The notes: generated from the letters alone by a model not told the origin. Shown: positions 10,371-21,318, counted from the first letter of the stretch. The stretch: 64,000 nt of DNA from an uncultured virus (IMG/VR IMGVR_UViG_3300037488_003672) (IMGVR_UViG_3300037488_003672); one strand, 5' to 3'. Numbers and translations: made by a program.

Positions 10371-11864
10371 ATGAAATTCGTATTCGGAAAATCAAAAAAA
10401 GATGGACTGGCGGATCTTCCTCTCACTAATGATAAAATTAAATTACAAGGAATTCTCGTTAATATTATAGAAGAATATAATTCTCTTAAAAAGGAATTTA
10501 ATGCAAATGATCAAATCGATCTAACTTCTAAAGCCAATGACCTTAAATCAAGATCACTTAAGCACATAAATATGGGAAAACTCCTTTTAGGTTCTGAAAA
10601 AAAAGCACAATTAGAGACCATACAAAATGATATTATTTTTCTAACAACTCTAATTAATGAAAATAATAAATTAAAACAATCAACTCCGATCATAAGCACT
10701 CCATCAACAAGTAGTCCATCAATAACATTTTCGACAAATCCTCCGATCATAAGCACTCCGACTACAATAATTCCTCCAATAACGCAATCTGATCCAAACA
10801 CTCCAAAACCACGAAAAAAAAGAGTTCCAAACACTCCAAACACTCCAAACACTCCAAAACCACGAAAAAAAAGAGTTCCAAAAAATCCAAACACTCCAAA
10901 CACTCCAAACACTCCAAAACCACGAAAAAAAAGAGTTCTTAAGAATCCTCCCCCTATAATTACCAATATTTCGAATGCCCTTCCTTCAAGTCTTAAGTTC
11001 TTAGATATTCCCGATGTTCCTATGGATGAACTCTTATCAAATCATAATGTTAATCATATTCTTTATACCATAAGATATGTGGGAACTGATACAAAAGGAG
11101 ATACAATAGCAACTGATATTTTGGGTTTAGAAAAAGATATTCTAATTGCAATGCTTTATCTTAACCACAGTAAAGGAATGTGTGATCCAGTTCCAATTCT
11201 TAATGATGCTTCAGTAACTTCTTTTGCACAAAATACATGGAATCATGGAAAAATAGTTAGCGTTGGCTCTCATGAAGGTGTAGATCAAGCGTCTTATACA
11301 AAAGCAACTTTAGTTGATGTCTTAATTAATAAATTAAATCATACTGAATTTTTATCTGCCGAAGACAATAGTTTTGGAAAATTACAAGCAAAAATATATC
11401 CTCATCTATATGAATTAATTAAAAAAGGAATTTTATTCGTCTATCTACATAAATATACTTATTTTAATAAACGTACTATGAAAAGTAAGGAACAAACTAA
11501 GAAATTAATCTTTTTTACCCCTCAATTCTTCGAAATGATTCAAAAATTATTATATAGTAACACTTTTAAAATGCCTTCTCCTCTTAAGTTTGCTATATCA
11601 ACTGAGATTGATGAGAATTTAAATAATTTAAATAGTCTATATTTACGTATGGGAGATTTAACTATTCAAAAAGAAATTGTTTCAACGTCAGTCTTTAAAC
11701 CCACAGATAGCCTTAGCGTTTTTGCTACACGATTGCAAAATAGAAGACGATCCGAAGAAGATAAACGAAGAAAAGATACTCAAGATCGAAATGAAGAGAG
11801 AAGAAGAAGAGATAAAAGAAGAGAAGAAGACGAAGAAGATGACGATGACGATACATTTTTTTAA
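10371..11864 (+). CDS. Hypothetical protein: MKFVFG N-terminus, Pro/Thr/basic repeat linker, charged C-tail
   Basis: 497-aa ORF with own promoter. Confidence 0.8.
   Translation: MKFVFGKSKKDGLADLPLTNDKIKLQGILVNIIEEYNSLKKEFNANDQIDLTSKANDLKSRSLKHINMGKLLLGSEKKAQLETIQNDIIFLTTLINENNKLKQSTPIISTPSTSSPSITFSTNPPIISTPTTIIPPITQSDPNTPKPRKKRVPNTPNTPNTPKPRKKRVPKNPNTPNTPNTPKPRKKRVLKNPPPIITNISNALPSSLKFLDIPDVPMDELLSNHNVNHILYTIRYVGTDTKGDTIATDILGLEKDILIAMLYLNHSKGMCDPVPILNDASVTSFAQNTWNHGKIVSVGSHEGVDQASYTKATLVDVLINKLNHTEFLSAEDNSFGKLQAKIYPHLYELIKKGILFVYLHKYTYFNKRTMKSKEQTKKLIFFTPQFFEMIQKLLYSNTFKMPSPLKFAISTEIDENLNNLNSLYLRMGDLTIQKEIVSTSVFKPTDSLSVFATRLQNRRRSEEDKRRKDTQDRNEERRRRDKRREEDEEDDDDDTFF
10794..10937 (+). repeat. 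Nested coding repeats (PNT)n and PKPRKKRV x3
   Basis: ccaaacact units and ccaaaaccacgaaaaaaaagagtt x3. Confidence 0.9.
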
Positions 11865-11905
11865 AACATTTATCTTTTAATAAAATTTTCAAGGATGTGT
11901 AAATT

Positions 11906-12520
11906 ATTCCGACCTTTGTTTTTATCAAACCTAAAAAACCCAGTAAATTCGTCAAAAGTATTGGCGATGCAGAAGGAGATAAATTAGTTCAATATAATAC
12001 GAAGATTCCAAAAAATACAATCAAGTTTTTAAAGGTTCCCTATGTTCCCAATGGCTTTGAAAATTCTTGCTCTGAATGTAGTGCAGAAATGATTTTGAGA
12101 TATTGGGGAGTAGAAAATTGGTCGCAATTTGAAATTCATCAATATGGATTTCAAACCTTCGAAGGCGGAATCTCTGAAGGCGATTTAGGCTTATTACCAT
12201 TATTTAAACTCGATGATCTCCTAACTAAAAAAAAGGAAAAAATACAATTTCACGTGGAATTAATAACCAATGGAACTATTAACGATTTAAAGAAATGGAT
12301 CGATAATGAAATTCCTCTGATACTTCGATATAATACAAATGATCGAGGTGATATGCACACAGTTGTATTAATTGGATATAATGAAAAAGTATTCTATAAG
12401 CACGATAATGATTTAGGTTCATGTTTGGAAATGGAATACGATTATATGAAGAAACATTGGAAAGGACAAGTTGTGTTAGTCTATCCGATTAATTATTTAA
12501 CCGAAAAGAAGGGAAAATAA
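11906..12520 (+). CDS. C39-like (papain-fold) cysteine peptidase; probable non-ATG start
   Basis: Frame is open from TAA 11900 through VPYVPNGFENSCSECSAEMILRYWG (catalytic Cys region lies upstream of ATG 12089); HTVVLIGY and HD motifs follow. Confidence 0.7.
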   Translation: MPTFVFIKPKKPSKFVKSIGDAEGDKLVQYNTKIPKNTIKFLKVPYVPNGFENSCSECSAEMILRYWGVENWSQFEIHQYGFQTFEGGISEGDLGLLPLFKLDDLLTKKKEKIQFHVELITNGTINDLKKWIDNEIPLILRYNTNDRGDMHTVVLIGYNEKVFYKHDNDLGSCLEMEYDYMKKHWKGQVVLVYPINYLTEKKGK

Positions 12521-13189
12521 ATGACCAAAAAAAAGAAAGAACAAGAATTATCTCTCGAAGAAACCAAAGAAATTTCCGAATTATTAAAAACTCAACTTAG
12601 ATCTACTCAGATTTTTGGAATGGTTCTCTATCTTATCGTTTGGGCAATATTCAGTTATGTTAATTCGTGGAGTACTATTATTGCGGAATATCTCCTAACT
12701 GGCAATCTTTTTATCGATTTAGCTTCCTTAATTACCTTTATCGTGAACATTATTTTCTTCATGGTCTTAATTGGAATCTTTTTCTTATTACCCCAGTTAA
12801 AAACGCAACAACGATCTTTGATCTTTTATGGGTTATTGGGATTTTTAACAAGTGCAATTATTTTAGGGTTAAAAATTTATTTTAACACATTATTTTCCTT
12901 CATGATTTTAATGTTTAATCTCCCCTTAGTCTTAATCCTATTTCTTTATACGAATAAAAACATTAAATTACGCTTCTTTGCAAGAATCTTTGGGTTTCTT
13001 CTTGTCTTTGAACTTGGCTTAATTCTCATGGATTTAGGATCTTTATCTCTTTTCCTAACCTTTTGGTCTGAAAATCAGCTTGGAATTATGGGTTTTCTTG
13101 TTTCTCAGATCCTCTTGATTAGTATATTTCTAATTGAAATGAAAAAGAGTAAAAAAGTTCGCATTATTGAAATAAATGAGTTTATTTAA
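12521..13189 (+). CDS. Multi-pass membrane protein
   Basis: About 6 TM segments. Confidence 0.75.
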   Translation: MTKKKKEQELSLEETKEISELLKTQLRSTQIFGMVLYLIVWAIFSYVNSWSTIIAEYLLTGNLFIDLASLITFIVNIIFFMVLIGIFFLLPQLKTQQRSLIFYGLLGFLTSAIILGLKIYFNTLFSFMILMFNLPLVLILFLYTNKNIKLRFFARIFGFLLVFELGLILMDLGSLSLFLTFWSENQLGIMGFLVSQILLISIFLIEMKKSKKVRIIEINEFI

Positions 13190-13656
13190 ACATATTGATC
13201 ATAAATCGATTGAAATAATGAAGATACATCTTCAGCTTTTTTTGTCTTGATTTTATATTGAATAATACTAAGAAAAATGGCAATATATTCTTCATTACGA
13301 AGATTATGAATATATTCGGTTTGGGGAGTACTTTGTAAGATTAAATCATTACCTTCCGTTTGAACTTGAACAAATCGGAATTTTCGAATCAACAAATCAA
13401 ATTTTTGTTTCACATCAACCGAAATGATCATCGTCACTTTTTGATCATTCACATTTTCAGTATTAAGACTGATTTTCACTTGTTGTAAATCACTAAACGA
13501 GTCATCAACGATAAGAAAATCAACCAAAATGTTTAGAATATCCTTCTGTTTTAAGTTCCATCGAAAATTGGCATTTAATTTTTTAAGCATTAACGCCATT
13601 ATCTCTTTTTTTGATTTTGAAAACTTCAGAGAAGTTTCTTGAATTGCATTACTCAT
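13186..13656 (-). CDS. Hypothetical protein
   Basis: 156-aa ORF with tatatata box upstream on the - strand. Confidence 0.65.
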   Translation of the reverse strand: MSNAIQETSLKFSKSKKEIMALMLKKLNANFRWNLKQKDILNILVDFLIVDDSFSDLQQVKISLNTENVNDQKVTMIISVDVKQKFDLLIRKFRFVQVQTEGNDLILQSTPQTEYIHNLRNEEYIAIFLSIIQYKIKTKKAEDVSSLFQSIYDQYV

Positions 13657-13756
13657 AAGTATCTAATAATGTTTCAAATTATTTACAATATATATATTTC
13701 TTTTTTTCGAATAAAAATACGTTAAAATTATAAATAAAAAAGACACATTTTGAATT

Positions 13757-14794
13757 ATGAAAACAAATTATCACGTGAAAAAAATTATTCTTTTCTCACT
13801 ATCCCTTTACTTTTTCTTCTCTCTTTGTGGAATCGCCTTCAATAATCCATCCGATTCTTCTTCCATAACTCCACTTGAAATTAAAGCAAGTTCTATTCAC
13901 AATCTTGGTTCTTATTCCGAAGCTCAATTCATTACTATTTATATCAATACATCTGACATTACAATGGATGAAATCCCATATTCATTAACTACTGAAAATC
14001 GAGTTAAATGTTCCTTTAATATTACTTATCCTACCACGAATAACACATGGAAATTCATACTTCCCTCCATCTATTATGATGCAACGAATTACTATATTAA
14101 AAGATCCTCAACTGATTTTAATTATTGCTTGGAAGACGAAAACGCTTCGGCTCTTATTCGTTATACGGGAGAAGATTCATATTGGATAATAGATGGCAAT
14201 CCATCGATAACCGATATAATTAATTTTGAGATTTTAACTCCTCTTGTTGATTTAAATGAACTTCAAGATGAAACTACTCTTAATAAAACAACTTTTGAAC
14301 TAAATATTTATCGAACCGATCTTACACGTCATTCTTATAATAATCTTCACTTTACCCATAATTTTAATGTATTTTATGAAAACTATGAAATTCAAGTTTT
14401 TAATTATACGGGAGGAATTAATGAAAATATAACTGATACAGTGGAAATCACATCTTCAATTACATTAAAAAATGGCGGATATGTTATATTTTTCGATATT
14501 AATTTAGGTTATATTCAAAAAGCAACCGATTATAAGTTTAAAATCGTTTTCTTAAAAGTTGCCTTACCTCCAAGTTTTTCTACTGCATTATTTGCAAATA
14601 TCATATTACCTCTCTTGGCGGGATTTTTTACTGGCTTATTAGCGAGTCCTTATGTTTTAAAATTATTTAAGATTCAAATGAATACTCGTAAAACGAAAGA
14701 TTTATTCAAAAAAGGTTCTCCAGTCGGAATCGTATTTGCATTACTCTTCTTAGGAATTAATTATTTAATTTATACGTTTAAAATCTTCGGATGA
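13757..14794 (+). CDS. Exported, membrane-anchored protein; paralog of the C-terminus of ORF 57106
   Basis: N-terminal signal/TM, beta-rich domain with NxS/T sequons, two C-terminal TMs. Confidence 0.8.
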   Translation: MKTNYHVKKIILFSLSLYFFFSLCGIAFNNPSDSSSITPLEIKASSIHNLGSYSEAQFITIYINTSDITMDEIPYSLTTENRVKCSFNITYPTTNNTWKFILPSIYYDATNYYIKRSSTDFNYCLEDENASALIRYTGEDSYWIIDGNPSITDIINFEILTPLVDLNELQDETTLNKTTFELNIYRTDLTRHSYNNLHFTHNFNVFYENYEIQVFNYTGGINENITDTVEITSSITLKNGGYVIFFDINLGYIQKATDYKFKIVFLKVALPPSFSTALFANIILPLLAGFFTGLLASPYVLKLFKIQMNTRKTKDLFKKGSPVGIVFALLFLGINYLIYTFKIFG

Positions 14795-14925
14795 GAGAGT
14801 ATCATTTCCATTGGAACCATTGGATTTTTTTAACAAATAAAAAAGCACGTGAATATCCTTTTTTTATTTCTTTTAAAATTGAAAATAACAATATTTAATT
14901 AACTGCATAATTATCAAAATTCATT

Positions 14926-15903
14926 ATGAATCTTTTCAATAAACAAATTGTGATGAAATCATGGCAAAAAGAACTTTTAATTCTTTTAATTTCGTTTCTA
15001 ATTATCAAATATTATCTCTCCGCATTAATTGGTAAATATGGGGTTGATATGTGGGTTTGGAATAATTGCACAGATCCTTATATTTATTCCAGAGAAGTCA
15101 TCGAATATCCATTTCCCAATGTATATCAAAAATGGGGGGGATATTTATATCGAGTAACCTATCTTCCCATTTTTTTTATCTTATGGTACCCATTTTCCCT
15201 TCTCAGTAATGTGATCGTCAATGATTTTATGGTAATAGTTCACATTATTTGTCTTTATTTTATTGTCAGAGCTTGTTTTCGTGATAAATGGATTCATCCT
15301 CTCGTCTCTCTGTTCTTTTGTTGTATTGCACTTGAACTCTATATTCTCTCCCAATTGTATTTGAGTTTGGAAATTGTTATTTTTACGATATTCTATTATT
15401 TTTTCTCCGATCTAAACAAATATACTGAAAAACAACTGATCTGGATTAGTTTAATCTTAGCAATGGTTAATTTTAAAGTCTATTCATCATTTTGGTTAGT
15501 ACTCTATTTCGTTCGTCTTGATTCGAATAAAAAACGGATGAAATTTGCGTTCGCATCGATTTTCTTTAACTTTATCTTAAATGTTTGGATCTTCTTAATC
15601 CCCAAATATCAAACCATTGCATTCTGGCTCGATCTTAGCTCTAATTCACAATTATCTTATTTCTATATCGAAGAATTAGGTAAATTACATCCAATTGTCA
15701 AAATGATCATTACACTCTTTAGGCAAAGAATGCTTTTTACTATTCCAATATATCTCTTACTCTGTTATGCGACAAAACGATTAATACAATTAACTATAAT
15801 GCTAATTAGTTATTTCTATCAATTTCAACTGCAATTCAATTTTACTCATCAAATTTCAGTTTTTCTAAAAAGATTCAAAAAAGTAAAAAATCACGTGAAA
15901 TAA
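14926..15903 (+). CDS. Membrane protein, possible GT-C (GT87-like) glycosyltransferase
   Basis: D after first TM, DPY, YLPIFFILWYPF, FKVY pattern. Confidence 0.5.
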   Translation: MNLFNKQIVMKSWQKELLILLISFLIIKYYLSALIGKYGVDMWVWNNCTDPYIYSREVIEYPFPNVYQKWGGYLYRVTYLPIFFILWYPFSLLSNVIVNDFMVIVHIICLYFIVRACFRDKWIHPLVSLFFCCIALELYILSQLYLSLEIVIFTIFYYFFSDLNKYTEKQLIWISLILAMVNFKVYSSFWLVLYFVRLDSNKKRMKFAFASIFFNFILNVWIFLIPKYQTIAFWLDLSSNSQLSYFYIEELGKLHPIVKMIITLFRQRMLFTIPIYLLLCYATKRLIQLTIMLISYFYQFQLQFNFTHQISVFLKRFKKVKNHVK

Positions 15904-15905
15904 TA

Positions 15906-17330
15906 TTATGGTGATGAAAAATATGTTTTTGGAACGGGTAGTTTCGGATTAGTCAATAATTGAAAATCCTTTCCATTCTTTTTAGGAACAATTGCTATTT
16001 TGGTTATCTTGATCCCGTATTCATTACTTAAGATCGAAAGAATATCTTTTTCATATTTCAATAAGGCTTGTTCTATTTTCTTTCTACTTGATGCAACAGA
16101 CGTAATGCCTAATTTTTTATATTCAATAATGATCGCTTGTGTTCGAAATTCGTTCCAAGCAATTTTCTTCGATGTATTAGATGCGGAAAACGAAGGTAAT
16201 CCTCGAATAAACGCAATTCCTTGAACTCCCTTCTCTTTAAACTCACCAATATCAAAAGTAAAAAACTTCTGAGATGAATTGGGTTCTCTCTCATATTCCT
16301 TAAATCGTTTGGTAAATGCTATCCAATTTGCGTTTGGGTTTAAAACTCTAATTCGCATAAAATATTGAGCATGAGAATCTTTTTGTTTTTGGATTGAGTT
16401 CATCCTATCTTTTTTATCCGTTATTTCTTCATGTTCTGGATATATTACCTTATTAATTTCATAATCAGCATTTCTTTCTTCAAATCCAGAAACATTCACT
16501 TTATAGATAACTTCGCCTCCAGAAACCATTTTTTCTTTATCAATTACTTCCGCAAAATATCCTTCCTTTTTCCATTGACTTCTTTGGTTTATGTAATTTA
16601 TTAAAGCCTCAGATCTTTGATTATTAGTTGGTTTTACAATATATCCATGATAAAGAGAATTTACTCTCTCAACTTCACCATAATTCGCCAATGCTTTCAT
16701 AATTTTTTTATTTACCAATAAGCCATTTTGAATTTCGAATCCTTCTTGTTTTTTTCTCTTCTTCACATCTGCTTTTTCGAGTAAATATATTTGATAAATT
16801 ATTTTATCTTTACAATAATATTTTTTTCTATTTGATGTGTCTATTCCTTTTTCCTTTGCTTTTGCAGTTAATTCGGCATACGTGAGCTTGAGTAATTTTT
16901 CAAATTGTATCAAAGGCATTTTAACGAAAGGATCGCCTTGTTCCTTAGATTCATCCTCTGTCCATTCAGCCATCGAAGCGATTACAACGAAAAAATCATT
17001 AAAAAGTAATAATAATGTTCGATTCTCTAACATATATACTAAAAAATCAACTTTTGAATCTAAAAAGGGTTTAATAAAATTAAAATTAAAAAGGACATTT
17101 CCGAAATAAACATATTGACTTCCCGCATTTGTTAAAAAAATATCCTTCGGTTTTTCATATTGTTCATCAATTTGAGTTTTAAATGTCTCTTGCACTACTT
17201 CAATTAAATCACTCCGATAAAAATATGCACAGATGGTTGAAGAATCGGTTAATATACCATGTTTTTCAATAATCGAAAAACTATATTCTCTCGCAAAATC
17301 TCGAAGTTTTTCATCAATTTTAATATTCAT
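15906..17330 (-). CDS. Hypothetical protein with a Rho-N/HeH-like nucleic-acid-binding motif
   Basis: LLKLTYAELTAKAKEKGI...KDKIIYQI. Confidence 0.65.
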   Translation of the reverse strand: MNIKIDEKLRDFAREYSFSIIEKHGILTDSSTICAYFYRSDLIEVVQETFKTQIDEQYEKPKDIFLTNAGSQYVYFGNVLFNFNFIKPFLDSKVDFLVYMLENRTLLLLFNDFFVVIASMAEWTEDESKEQGDPFVKMPLIQFEKLLKLTYAELTAKAKEKGIDTSNRKKYYCKDKIIYQIYLLEKADVKKRKKQEGFEIQNGLLVNKKIMKALANYGEVERVNSLYHGYIVKPTNNQRSEALINYINQRSQWKKEGYFAEVIDKEKMVSGGEVIYKVNVSGFEERNADYEINKVIYPEHEEITDKKDRMNSIQKQKDSHAQYFMRIRVLNPNANWIAFTKRFKEYEREPNSSQKFFTFDIGEFKEKGVQGIAFIRGLPSFSASNTSKKIAWNEFRTQAIIIEYKKLGITSVASSRKKIEQALLKYEKDILSILSNEYGIKITKIAIVPKKNGKDFQLLTNPKLPVPKTYFSSP

Positions 17331-18151
17331 AATAAGATCTTTAATTCAAATAATTAAAAAACATTGTTCCATTTTCTTTAATACTTAAGAACATTTATCT
17401 AAAGTAATCTTCTTTTTATAAACGTGAAAACTAAAACAAGAAAATTCAAAGAAAAATTCCTTTTGCGTGAGAACCATCCTTTCACAATTATTAAATTTCA
17501 CGTGAAATCTTATATTTCGGACAATTCAAAAGAAAAATTGGAAGAATAAATAGCTTTAAAATGAATAAAAGCAACGTATTATTATTCATAGTCAATAGTC
17601 GCAGTACTAATTGATTGTTCGAACAAAATAAGAGCGTGGACTTTTTTATGAATCGATGGATTAATTTTACTAAGAATCAATTTGGAATCAAAATTGAACT
17701 TCTTTCGATTAAATCCAATTTTCTCCTAACAACTAAAGTTCGCATTTCATTATTATTTTTACTTCCATTTTTTAAAAATTCAACGTCATTCTGTTTTTTT
17801 ATGCGTTTTTTGGAGAGGGGGGTATTTTCACGATCTTTTAATTTATTTTTGCTCAATACCATCCTAATCAATATTTCATCCAGAGTTAAGCCTAACCTAT
17901 TTTGGCATAATCCAATCAAAAACTCAGAAGAATTGTGGGGGATCAAAAATTGAGCAAAAAAATAAATTTTGAACACCATCAATTTTCAAATATGAAAAAA
18001 GGTAGTGACCTATCTAAAATTTCATTTGAGATTGAGTTAGAGAAAACGGGTAATTATAAAAAAACACAATGGTTGCAATCATTAAGATCTCGTCTTCAAA
18101 AAAGAATAATAATTATAAAGGGAAGAAACTCATTATTAGGGGATAAAACTC

Positions 18152-20062
18152 ATGTCTAACTCGGAAATAATCGAACTAATCATTCCAATTTTAAGATCAT
18201 TCAATAATTCACCAAAAATTAAAAAAAGTCTGACCTCACGTGAAATCTTAACTATCGTGAAAATATCCACATTAGACGAAATAGAAAAAACATTAGAATC
18301 TCTGCTTGTTAATACCATGTTTCTTCATAAGGAAATACGGGAAGATACTCATGAAAACGCATATTGGTTGCAATTATTTGAACCAACTCAAGTGTTTCTC
18401 AATGAGATTTTAAAGAAAACGCAAGAGATTTTACATGAAAACATGACTTTTCAAACCATTAATGAGATGGAAGATCTGCTTTTTTTACATGGGTTTTCCT
18501 TTAAAGATCTCTATCCTCTCTATCCTCAAACAAAAACAAATTCGCTTAAGGAACAATCAATAAGAAAAATAATTTCTTCCTTAGCAAAATTGCATTACCT
18601 TAAGAATAATGGGTTAGAAGCGTATGCGATTGATATTTCGTTTTTGAAAGAATTTGAAAACATTGAGATGCAATTGGAATTAAATCGAGTTTTTCAACCG
18701 ATTCTTAACCATGAAAATATCAATAACATAGATGTGCATGGGGTTTTTTGGCTTTCTCCCCGAAAATTACCTATGAAGAAGCCAAAATTAGACCTCACGT
18801 GGAAAAAGGAAAATAATTCGTGGGTTAAAGTCTTTCAGATTCCTAATGGAACCCTTCGTTTTGTCGCATATTCAAATAAAGAAAATCCCGATTTTCACCC
18901 ATTGCATATTTATTATGAAGGTTCTCTGCTCATTAAAAATGAGAATAAACGCAAAGAACGCAATAAATTTGCAGTCAATACAAATGATCTGAGTAAATTA
19001 AATGATTATATCACCTTACGTTTTTATGATTTACAAATGGATGGAACTTTTGATTTCAAACCCGAAGAATTTAATGGTTTTCTTGTCAAAAGTCTGGGGT
19101 TAAACGTGGATACGGATTTAAGCAATGTTCCATATCCATCTATTACGTTTCAAAAAGAAGTATCAATGCGAGATTTAGTCAATAATTATACGCTTCGGTT
19201 TTATAAATATCCCACAGCGTTAGGAGAAAAATTACGAATTGAAACGCATATTGATAATCCTACTAATTTTTCCATTAAAGGAAGCATCGATGCTCTGAGT
19301 TTTTTTTCCAATGGGATTTTAAACCCGAATATTGAGAATCATAAGAAAGATACGTATGCGTATCACAATTCCAAAGAGATAAAAGACGTTTCGCATAGAT
19401 TAGATTCTCTCTCCGTTAGTATCGAGAGAAAAGTAAATGATCTTCATTCGGAAAATCTCCTTACCTTAAAAACAAATAATGATAATGCTTTTGCAATAAC
19501 CGATCTGTTTGGAAAATCAATGAGTTCTTTAACAACCAAGATGGATTCTCTTGAAAACGAAATTCAACAAACCACAAAATCAATTAATACTACTCAATCC
19601 ACAAATTTGATCCAAGTTGTATCGGATAAATTTCAATCTTTGTCTCAATCAATGACCAATTTTGAATCCGAATTTGATCAAATTGCCGAAAAGATCGATC
19701 AATTAGGCGAAAAAGATCAAGATCAAACGGAAGTCATTGAATCACTTAAAGATAATGTTATTCAAATTACTGATCTGTGTGCCAGTCTTCGCCAAGATCA
19801 GCAATCATTCAAAAATAATATGGAAAATGTAATCGAACGGTTAGATCATCATAATTCTATCGTTTCTACCACTTTGAATGAGACTTTAAAATTGAATGAA
19901 AATATCCGAAAAGATATTTCTCACGTGGAAAACCAAATTCTTGAAACTAATCTAAGAAATAATCGATTAGAAAACGTTTTAACGCAGTTCATCGAAATGC
20001 AACTTGAACAAAAGAAGGGATTTTTTCAAAGAAGACGGGAAAAAAAACAAAAAAATCAATAA
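18152..20062 (+). CDS. Large hypothetical protein with possible N-terminal winged helix and long C-terminal coiled coil
   Basis: 636 aa; LTSREILTIV...LESL helix pattern; heptad-rich last ~230 aa. Confidence 0.75.
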   Translation: MSNSEIIELIIPILRSFNNSPKIKKSLTSREILTIVKISTLDEIEKTLESLLVNTMFLHKEIREDTHENAYWLQLFEPTQVFLNEILKKTQEILHENMTFQTINEMEDLLFLHGFSFKDLYPLYPQTKTNSLKEQSIRKIISSLAKLHYLKNNGLEAYAIDISFLKEFENIEMQLELNRVFQPILNHENINNIDVHGVFWLSPRKLPMKKPKLDLTWKKENNSWVKVFQIPNGTLRFVAYSNKENPDFHPLHIYYEGSLLIKNENKRKERNKFAVNTNDLSKLNDYITLRFYDLQMDGTFDFKPEEFNGFLVKSLGLNVDTDLSNVPYPSITFQKEVSMRDLVNNYTLRFYKYPTALGEKLRIETHIDNPTNFSIKGSIDALSFFSNGILNPNIENHKKDTYAYHNSKEIKDVSHRLDSLSVSIERKVNDLHSENLLTLKTNNDNAFAITDLFGKSMSSLTTKMDSLENEIQQTTKSINTTQSTNLIQVVSDKFQSLSQSMTNFESEFDQIAEKIDQLGEKDQDQTEVIESLKDNVIQITDLCASLRQDQQSFKNNMENVIERLDHHNSIVSTTLNETLKLNENIRKDISHVENQILETNLRNNRLENVLTQFIEMQLEQKKGFFQRRREKKQKNQ

Positions 20063-20430
20063 AACTTCATATTTTCCCAATCTTGACGACTTTCTTCGCT
20101 TGGAAAATATAAATACACGTTGCGTTGTTGTACTTCACAGCTTTCATCATACTGAAATACATAAACAAGTTTTTCTGTTCCATCTGGGAAGGGTTGCCTT
20201 CCTTCCATCATAAAACAACTATGTTTTTTACCACAAAGGCATATTGGAGAATCTTTTTCGGACAAAATAAAATGATTTCCATAGTATATCTTGCTTTTTT
20301 CTTCTCCATGATTCACAACTACAAAATGCGAACGATTTGCATAAAAAAACTCCCCATTCAATTGAGATGTAAATGGTTTTATTACATCTGACAAATTTAC
20401 TGTTTCTCTCTTTATTTCCATATTGATCAC
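20056..20430 (-). CDS. Hypothetical protein
   Basis: 124-aa ORF overlapping the stop of the upstream - strand gene. Confidence 0.6.
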   Translation of the reverse strand: MINMEIKRETVNLSDVIKPFTSQLNGEFFYANRSHFVVVNHGEEKSKIYYGNHFILSEKDSPICLCGKKHSCFMMEGRQPFPDGTEKLVYVFQYDESCEVQQRNVYLYFPSEESRQDWENMKFY

Positions 20431-20780
20431 TTAAAATGTTTTTTAGGGATTGCTAAGACTTTCCCGACAATCGAAGGAAAGTTCTTATTAAGAGTTAGTT
20501 CTTTGCTAAGTCCATCTTCATCTGCAAAATAAAAATAGATGAGATCTTCTTGAAATTTCTCCAGATAGCCTCCCATGATTTCAATGGCTTCTTCAATGGT
20601 AAGACCTTTTGTTAAAGTCTTCGTCTCAATAGTGCCATCAACCTCATAAATAATTAAAGGGGGATTTGAATCGAGATATTTGGATTTTCCAGTAGATTCC
20701 GTTATTAAAACTCCCACATTATTTTTTTCTTCTAATATTTTCAACAATGATGGATTTATATCTTTTTTTGCGATTTTCAT
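20427..20780 (-). CDS. DUF3846-like protein
   Basis: IMGGYLE...ADEDGL..L.LN...IVG.VL pattern, common on mobile elements. Confidence 0.6.
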   Translation of the reverse strand: MKIAKKDINPSLLKILEEKNNVGVLITESTGKSKYLDSNPPLIIYEVDGTIETKTLTKGLTIEEAIEIMGGYLEKFQEDLIYFYFADEDGLSKELTLNKNFPSIVGKVLAIPKKHFK

Positions 20781-20952
20781 AAAAATTCTTCCTTAATGAA
20801 ATCATATTCTCTCTGCTATATAAATTTATTCGTTTCACCATACAATAAAATAATGCCACAAATATTCACGTGAATTTAACATTTTTTCTACTTCTTGACT
20901 TTTAAACATCTAATCAAATAGGTTTAAATGTTATTTGATTTATTTCTCTCTT

Positions 20953-21312
20953 ATGTTCAATTTTTCTCACAAATATTACAAATTACGAGAAGATGAATTT
21001 ACTACTATTAGAAGCATTCATTACTCAAAAGAACATAACCTAACCATTGGACAAGTCGGAATGATCACAATTGATCGAGTTCCTTTTACGTGGGTTAAAA
21101 TAGTCAAATGGGAAGATAAACGCATTTGCGATATTCCCTTAGATCTTCTCAAAAAAGACGTTGCGTATGGCGAATTTATGATTAATACGTATGCTGAATT
21201 TGTCGATGGTTTAAATACAATTCTCAAAGCTTCGGGAATGCCTTTTGCGAACAATCGAATAACCACAAAAAAGCGAGTCTTCTATCTGAAAAAATATGCT
21301 TCTCCACAATAA
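20953..21312 (+). CDS. ASCH/PUA-like domain protein
   Basis: FSHKYYKL...FTTIR...RICDI...LLKKD pattern; ATG 20953 preferred over TTG 20935. Confidence 0.55.
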   Translation: MFNFSHKYYKLREDEFTTIRSIHYSKEHNLTIGQVGMITIDRVPFTWVKIVKWEDKRICDIPLDLLKKDVAYGEFMINTYAEFVDGLNTILKASGMPFANNRITTKKRVFYLKKYASPQ

Positions 21313-21318
21313 AGGATT

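Noticed and set aside
17615..18159. Overlapping short ORFs 17615, 17677, 17935
   Set aside because: Mutually overlapping, weak starts, no recognisable motifs
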